Positions 58,580-64,000 of a stretch of DNA of 64,000 bases are shown piece after piece. The translations under genes and the position numbers were made by a program. The first letter of the stretch is position 1, and each line of letters starts with the position of its first letter. Under the pieces are notes generated by a model. The model searched no databases and had not been told where the DNA came from. It saw only the letters and a list, made by a program, of their open reading frames with translations. Source of the stretch: Roseomonas sp. (GTDB lineage: Bacteria; Pseudomonadota; Alphaproteobacteria; Acetobacterales; Acetobacteraceae); contig JADCGG010000040.1 in NCBI GenBank assembly GCA_020249125.1, positions 857 to 64,856 on the forward strand. The letters are read 5' to 3'.

Positions 58580-59590
58580 TCAAAAACCGTCCAACACGAC
58601 CTTGCCAATCATGCCGCCGCTTTCCACCAGCGCATGCGCCTGCTTTAGCGTTGCGGCGGAAAGCTTGCCCAGATTGCGCGTCATGGTGCTGCGGATGCGG
58701 CCCGCTTCCACCAGCCCGGCCACTTCATTCAATAGCCGGTGCTGTTCGATCATGTCGGGCGTGCTGAACAAGGGGCGCGTGAACATCAATTCCCAATGGA
58801 TGGAAACCGATTTGCGCATCACGTCGCGCGCATCCACCGGCGCCTGGCTTTCAATCAACAGAATGCGCCCCTGCGGCGCCACCGCATCCACCATGGCGGC
58901 CCAATTCTTTGCCGTGGTATTGGCGGAATAGATCAAATTCGCCCCACGCAAGCCAAGCGCCTTCATCTGTGCCGTGATATCCCCGTGATGATCCACCACA
59001 TGATGCGCGCCCAAATCGCGGCACCATTGCGCCGTTTCTGGCCGAGACGCCGTTGCCACCACGGTCAGGCCCGTCACCGCGCGCGCAATCTGGATCACCA
59101 TGGACCCAACACCACCCGCGCCGCCAATCACCAGCAGCGCTAGCCCCTGCCCACCGCCCTGCGGCACGCCTAAGCGATCAAACAAGCCCTCCCAGGCCGT
59201 GATCATCGTCAGCGGCAAGGCAGCCGCTTCGGCAAAGGTCAGGTTGCGCGGCTTGCGCCCGACAATGCGTTCATCCACCAAATGCAATTCAGCATTGGTG
59301 CCGGAACGATTGACCACGCCGGCGTAAAACACCTCATCACCCGGACGGAACAGGGAAGATTCCGGCCCCACCGCGCGCACCACGCCAGCAGCATCAAATC
59401 CCAGAATGCGCGGGCTGGCGCCGGGGTCATCGCGGCGGCGCACCTTGGTATCCACCGGGTTGACCGACACCGCCTGGATTTCCACCAGAATATCGCGCCC
59501 CGTCGGCGCTGCGGGCGGCGAGATTTCCAGATCAATCAGCGCATCCGCCTGATCAATCGGCAGACATTTCGGATAGCCAATGGCCTTCAT
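58580..59590 (-). CDS. Zinc-type alcohol dehydrogenase-like / quinone oxidoreductase MDR protein
   Basis: AVSVNPVDTKVR, LGFDAAG, RSGTNAE, AAALPLTMITAWE, GGAGGVGS, HWELMFTR; start ATG 59590. Confidence 0.92.
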   Translation of the reverse strand: MKAIGYPKCLPIDQADALIDLEISPPAAPTGRDILVEIQAVSVNPVDTKVRRRDDPGASPRILGFDAAGVVRAVGPESSLFRPGDEVFYAGVVNRSGTNAELHLVDERIVGRKPRNLTFAEAAALPLTMITAWEGLFDRLGVPQGGGQGLALLVIGGAGGVGSMVIQIARAVTGLTVVATASRPETAQWCRDLGAHHVVDHHGDITAQMKALGLRGANLIYSANTTAKNWAAMVDAVAPQGRILLIESQAPVDARDVMRKSVSIHWELMFTRPLFSTPDMIEQHRLLNEVAGLVEAGRIRSTMTRNLGKLSAATLKQAHALVESGGMIGKVVLDGF

Positions 59591-59615
59591 CGCAACCCCC
59601 TGTTTCTTTCCTGCG

Positions 59616-60338
59616 TCAACCAACGCGCATCAATGCCGGCCCTTCTTCGCGCAGCCAGGCTTCCGCTTCTTCCCGATGCGGCGCCAGCGCCTTCACATGC
59701 GCCCAGAAGCGCGGCGAGTGATTAAGCTCTCGCAAATGCGCGACCTCATGCGCCACCACATAATCCAGCACAGGGTCCGGCGCCATCACCAGGCGCCAGG
59801 AAAAGGCGAGTGTGCCATCCGGCGCGCAAGACCCCCAGCGGCTTTGCGTATCCTTGACGCGAATGGCCCTGATGGCGACACCCAAGGTCGCGGCATGGTC
59901 AGCCGCCAGCGGAATGATGCGCCGCTTCGCCTCAGCCCGCATAAAATCACGCAAGCGCCTGGGCAGGAACTCCGCCGCGCCCGTCACAATGATGGCCCCA
60001 TTTTCGACAAAGGCGCCGCCACGACGCGCCGGATCATGCAGCACCGGATGCGGCACACCGCCCAGCGGCACTGCCGCGCCATCGGTCAGCGCAATGCTTG
60101 GCGCCAGGGCCTTCAGGCGCTTCAATATCCAAGCCGCATGTGTGGTCAGCAATTCCAAGCCGGCACGGCGGCTCGCGCGCATCGGCAGCGTCACCACAAC
60201 ATCACCCGCGCGCGGATCAATCCGCAGGCTGACCGCGCGCGCACGTTGAGAACGCCGCCAGCGCACCGGGCATAATTCCGGCGGACCAAGCAAGCCGGGG
60301 CGCAGCGGCACCATTTCCGAATCGGGCAACGACATCAC
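59616..60338 (-). CDS. M48/YgjP (DUF45, SprT-like) zinc metallopeptidase/hydrolase
   Basis: RRSQRARAVSLRI, KDTQSRWGSC, LDYVVAHEVAHLRELNHS HExxH. Confidence 0.92.
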   Translation of the reverse strand: MMSLPDSEMVPLRPGLLGPPELCPVRWRRSQRARAVSLRIDPRAGDVVVTLPMRASRRAGLELLTTHAAWILKRLKALAPSIALTDGAAVPLGGVPHPVLHDPARRGGAFVENGAIIVTGAAEFLPRRLRDFMRAEAKRRIIPLAADHAATLGVAIRAIRVKDTQSRWGSCAPDGTLAFSWRLVMAPDPVLDYVVAHEVAHLRELNHSPRFWAHVKALAPHREEAEAWLREEGPALMRVG

Positions 60339-60410
60339 TGCACCATGCCGTCAAGCCCAGATAATTTTCAACTGCTTGACACATGCGCGCTTTCGGGCGC
60401 GAGTGTCGCC

Positions 60411-61298
60411 ATGCGTTTCGCGCTCAACGCCATTCTGCCGCTTTTGCTGCTTGGTACCATTTGGGGTGCCACGCCGATTTTCGTGAAGACCTTGGGCAGT
60501 ATGGGTTGGCCGCCGCTGATGATCGCGCTTGGCGCTTCCGGTTTCAGCACCATTACCTTGCTGTGTGTCTGTTTCGCGCGGCGCGAAATCCCCGCCTTGA
60601 GGCGGCCCTATCTGATTCATTATGGTGTTTCGGGGCTGACGGGCCTGGTGCTATCCAACCTGTTCGGCTTCACAAGTTTGCAGCATATTCCTGCAGGTTT
60701 CTTTTCATTGCTGATTCCGCTTTCGCCCATGTTGACGGTACTTGGCGCAATGCTGCTTCGGATGGAAAAGGTATCCTGGCGCCGCATCGGCGGCAGCATT
60801 CTGGGCCTGGTCGGGATTGGCATTGCCATGGCGCCAGGTGCGGCGCTGCCGGACCCGGAAGCGCTGCCCTGGGCCTTGCTCGCGGCCTGCACGCCGGTTT
60901 GGTATGCGGTGGCGAATATCGCTGGCGTCAAGCTTGCACCACGCGGCGCGGCGCCCCTTGCGTTGGCGGCCGGTACCTGCGGTGCGGCGGCGCTCATCAT
61001 GGGGGTGATTGCCTTTTCAACCGGGCAGATACGCGCCGTGGATATTGCCGGGCTGCCCATCACCATGACGCAAGGCGTCCTGCTCGCGCTCGCTTATCTG
61101 ATCTATTTCAGATCGCTCGCCACGCAAGGCGGCGTGGTGACATCGCAAGTCGGCTATATCGTCACCATCACCGGGCTGATCTGGGGTTTTGCCATTTTTG
61201 GCGAGGTGCCAGGCTGGCTCACCATCCCTGCCGCCGCCTTGGTATTTGCCGGGCTCGCGCTTGTCACACTGCCCGGCAAGAAAAAGATCAGCCAATAA
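60411..61298 (+). CDS. EamA/DMT-family transporter
   Basis: About 10 TM segments, LLGTIWG, IPAGFFSLL, SQVGYIVT, FGEVP; start ATG 60411. Confidence 0.9.
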   Translation: MRFALNAILPLLLLGTIWGATPIFVKTLGSMGWPPLMIALGASGFSTITLLCVCFARREIPALRRPYLIHYGVSGLTGLVLSNLFGFTSLQHIPAGFFSLLIPLSPMLTVLGAMLLRMEKVSWRRIGGSILGLVGIGIAMAPGAALPDPEALPWALLAACTPVWYAVANIAGVKLAPRGAAPLALAAGTCGAAALIMGVIAFSTGQIRAVDIAGLPITMTQGVLLALAYLIYFRSLATQGGVVTSQVGYIVTITGLIWGFAIFGEVPGWLTIPAAALVFAGLALVTLPGKKKISQ

Positions 61299-61602
61299 GG
61301 TGCTTGAGTTCCGTCTCAACGAAGGAAAGCGGCACGCTGCCGGCATTCACCACATTATGCTCAAGACCAGCGGCGCGCGCATAAGCGACACCGGCAGTTA
61401 GGGAGGCCGTTGCCGTCTCACCCCCCGGCAATTCCAGCAGAAGGGTGCCATCCGTGACCGGCACCACGACATACGCCATGCCGTGGCGATGCCAGCCGGT
61501 TTCCGCGCCGGGTTCAAAATCCCAGCGCGTAACGCGCACATTGGCATCATCAAGCTGAATAGTGGCCACTGCCGGGGGTCGGCAGCGTAGCGGTTCCTTC
61601 AT
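61288..61602 (-). CDS. Small cupin-domain protein
   Basis: VRVTRWDFEPGAETGWHRHGMAYVVVP and GLEHNVVN cupin motifs; start ATG 61602. Confidence 0.9.
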   Translation of the reverse strand: MKEPLRCRPPAVATIQLDDANVRVTRWDFEPGAETGWHRHGMAYVVVPVTDGTLLLELPGGETATASLTAGVAYARAAGLEHNVVNAGSVPLSFVETELKHLIG

Positions 61603-61606
61603 CGGT

Positions 61607-62545
61607 CTATTCCGCAGCCTTGGCCGGGGCCATGCCCGGCAGCGGCAGCGCCCCGGCGGCGCCCCAAGCGGCCCAAACCGCTTCAGCCTGCGCGGCATTC
61701 AGCGGCAGATGCGGCGGGCGAATGGTGCGCCAGCCGGCATCGCCCGTGCTGCGCGCAATGATTTCACGCAGGCCAGGGATCAGCGGCACCGATGTCGCGG
61801 CCTTGCGCGTGGCATTCAGCACGGCTTGCGCCGCATCCGCTTCCGGCCCGGTGCGCTTGGCATAGACAATGCCGCCCCAATGGGAATTGCCATTGGAAGC
61901 CGCTGTGATGCAGCCCGCACCACCTTCGGCCAGGATGCGTTGCAGGAATTCATCGCTGCCGGAGTAAACCTCAAACCCATCCTTGGCGAAGGCCTGCACC
62001 ATGGCCTGCATATTGGCGTAATCGCCCGAGGAATCCTTCACACCCTTGATGGTACCAGGGAAAGCCTTGATCAGGCGTTCCAGCAGCGAAAGACTGAACG
62101 GCACCGCCGATTGCTGCGGGAAGTGATAGAGATAGACCTTCACGCCACCACCGATGCGGTTGATCACCTCAGAGAAATAGGCGAACAGCCCATCATCCGA
62201 AGGGCCCTTGTAGTAGAAGGGCGGCAGCATCAGCACGCCGGGGCAGCCGGCATCACGCGCGTGCCTGGTCAGTTCCACGCTATCCATCAGGCTGGCGCAG
62301 CCCGTGCCAGGCATCATGCGCGCTGCCGGAATGCCGCGCGCAATCAGCCCTTCCAGAATGGCTTTGCGTTCATGCAGGCCGAAGGAATTCGCCTCACCCG
62401 TCGTGCCCAGCACGCCAAGCCCGGTGCAGCCATTGGCCAGCAGCCATTTTGCATGCGCCGCCATGCGGTCCAGATCAGGGGTCAGATCGGGCTTCATCGC
62501 CGTCAGCACGGCGGCATTCACGCCACCATAAATCGCGTCCTTCAT
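61607..62545 (-). CDS. DHDPS/N-acetylneuraminate lyase-family class I aldolase
   Basis: LGTTGEANSF, MLPPFYYK, YLYHFPQ, GVKDSSGD Schiff-base Lys; start ATG 62545. Confidence 0.92.
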   Translation of the reverse strand: MKDAIYGGVNAAVLTAMKPDLTPDLDRMAAHAKWLLANGCTGLGVLGTTGEANSFGLHERKAILEGLIARGIPAARMMPGTGCASLMDSVELTRHARDAGCPGVLMLPPFYYKGPSDDGLFAYFSEVINRIGGGVKVYLYHFPQQSAVPFSLSLLERLIKAFPGTIKGVKDSSGDYANMQAMVQAFAKDGFEVYSGSDEFLQRILAEGGAGCITAASNGNSHWGGIVYAKRTGPEADAAQAVLNATRKAATSVPLIPGLREIIARSTGDAGWRTIRPPHLPLNAAQAEAVWAAWGAAGALPLPGMAPAKAAE

Positions 62546-62637
62546 CGGGGGCTTCCTTCGCAAATCTTGAGCAAAACTTATGGCGCCTTCGTCGCGCGGA
62601 TAGCGCGCAACGTCAATCAAGCAGACTGCGGGTGGCG

Positions 62638-63108
62638 TCAATCAGGCGCTTTCACCTTCCGCGGCATCATCCCCGGCCAGCGCACCACATGGTCTTCCAG
62701 CGCGCCCGCGTCCCGTTCATCAATCGCGCGCCCACGCACCGAAACCCCGGCGCGATGCACGCTTTCCGGATCGCCAGACACCAAAGGATGCCACCAGGCC
62801 AATTCCCGCCCTTCCGCCACCATGCGGTAAGCGCAACTCGGCGGCAGCCAATCAATCGCGGCGAGTTTCTTCGGCGTCAGCTTCACGCAATCCGGCACAT
62901 GCTTTTTGCGCGCCGCGTAATTGGAACATTGGCAGCTTTGCAAATCCAGCAAGCGACACGCCACTTCCGTATAGGCCAGCGCATCGGTTTCCTCATCGCG
63001 CAGCTTATGCAGGCAGCAACGCCCGCAGCCATCGCACAGGCTTTCCCACTCCGCCCGAGACATTTCGGCGAATGTCTTGCGCTTCCAGAAAGGCGCCTGT
63101 TCGGACAC
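62638..63108 (-). CDS. YcgN/UPF0260-family cysteine-cluster protein
   Basis: [22 protein letters not shown]...[29 protein letters not shown]. Confidence 0.93.
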   Translation of the reverse strand: MSEQAPFWKRKTFAEMSRAEWESLCDGCGRCCLHKLRDEETDALAYTEVACRLLDLQSCQCSNYAARKKHVPDCVKLTPKKLAAIDWLPPSCAYRMVAEGRELAWWHPLVSGDPESVHRAGVSVRGRAIDERDAGALEDHVVRWPGMMPRKVKAPD

Positions 63109-63125
63109 GCAGTCGCTGCAAACCC

Positions 63126-63926
63126 TCAGCGCCGATTGGCCGGCGGCGCTGGCAGGCTTTCCGTCTGAACGCGACCCGGCGCTGCGCTACCTTGCGTCGT
63201 ACTGCCGGAGGGTGCCGCTGAACTGCCACCGCTTTCCGGCCCGCCAAGGCGCATCAGCGCGCCGCGCAGCGGATCGCTGCCGGGGTTGTGCAGCTCCATT
63301 GCCACCACCACTTGCCGCGCGCTTGCCTCTCGCCCGAAATAGGCGCGCATCTTGGCGCTATCGGCGGAAAGCACTGCGCCATCCAGCGTAATGCCGGCAA
63401 AAAGCCCGCGGCTGCGGCCAATGGTGACAATATCTGCCCCCACCGCCGCCGTTGTGGCGCCCTGGATGCTGCGCCCGAGTGTCGCGAAAGCAAGTCCAGC
63501 CTCGGCACCGAATTTGAACTGGCTATCCAGGATGGCGTTCAGCCCCTTCTGCGTCATGATCAGGGATACCACCTGCGCATCCTGCAATCCGGCCTGGAAG
63601 CCAATACTGCCCCCCACCAGATTGTAGAACGCCGGGGAAGACCAGGACCCACCGCCACCGCGCGCGGCCAGCACGCAATCGCCAAACTCACCACCCACGA
63701 TGAAGCCGGCACGGAAAATCCTCGGGCAGATCAACACTGCCTTGGCATTGCGCAAGAGCGCCCGGGCATCGCCGGTATTATCCGCCGGCCCCATCATTTC
63801 CTGGAGCGTCAAGGTCGCGCGATCCACCAAAGCCTGTTCTTCGGCCTGAGCGCGGGCGCTGCCGAAAAAGCCAAACAAGGCAAGGAGTAAGGCGCTGAAA
63901 AGCATGATAGGGCGCATGAAAAACAT
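63126..63926 (-). CDS. Lipid-binding SYLF (Ysc84-like) domain protein, secreted
   Basis: Signal peptide, [36 protein letters not shown]; low-complexity S/G/P tail. Confidence 0.9.
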   Translation of the reverse strand: MFFMRPIMLFSALLLALFGFFGSARAQAEEQALVDRATLTLQEMMGPADNTGDARALLRNAKAVLICPRIFRAGFIVGGEFGDCVLAARGGGGSWSSPAFYNLVGGSIGFQAGLQDAQVVSLIMTQKGLNAILDSQFKFGAEAGLAFATLGRSIQGATTAAVGADIVTIGRSRGLFAGITLDGAVLSADSAKMRAYFGREASARQVVVAMELHNPGSDPLRGALMRLGGPESGGSSAAPSGSTTQGSAAPGRVQTESLPAPPANRR

Positions 63927-64000
63927 TTCCCAACCCGTTGTTTCGCCAGACTCTACACCAAGGATCCGCGTCGGGGGAAGGGTTTCTTGCGGGCTCCGAT

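Noticed and set aside
1-64000. tRNA, rRNA, tmRNA, CRISPR arrays, IS elements, integrases, known defence genes
   Set aside because: No T-loop/acceptor-stem patterns, regularly spaced repeats, transposase or recombinase motifs were seen by eye. A covariance-model and HMM scan would be needed to exclude them formally.

Overview
A GC-rich, densely coding chromosomal segment of an alphaproteobacterium. Gene order and protein features suggest Acetobacteraceae/Roseomonas-like (inference). It is mostly core metabolism: DUF4175-lysA-lipoprotein-argH with divergent tlpA, secG, two branched-chain-type ABC importers, a class III aminotransferase, nupC-rmuC-purH-ampG, gltD-gltB, an AsmA-like protein, a fused 5-oxoprolinase, Rieske-EVE, ccmCDEFGHI, tkt-gap-pgk, an NtaA-type flavin monooxygenase, cydDC and several catabolic/accessory enzymes. 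I found no rRNA, tRNA, CRISPR array, transposase or integrase. The one clearly foreign-looking stretch is a ~1.3 kb AT-rich cassette (about 32740-34085). It encodes a small secreted protein, a small membrane protein with a likely homopolymer frameshift, and a fragmented membrane-protein pseudogene. I cannot support a complete novel multi-gene system. The best leads are this cassette, the EVE-Rieske-ccm linkage, and two intergenic hairpins that share an identical core. Start codons were refined by eye where the ORF track used an upstream in-frame codon.
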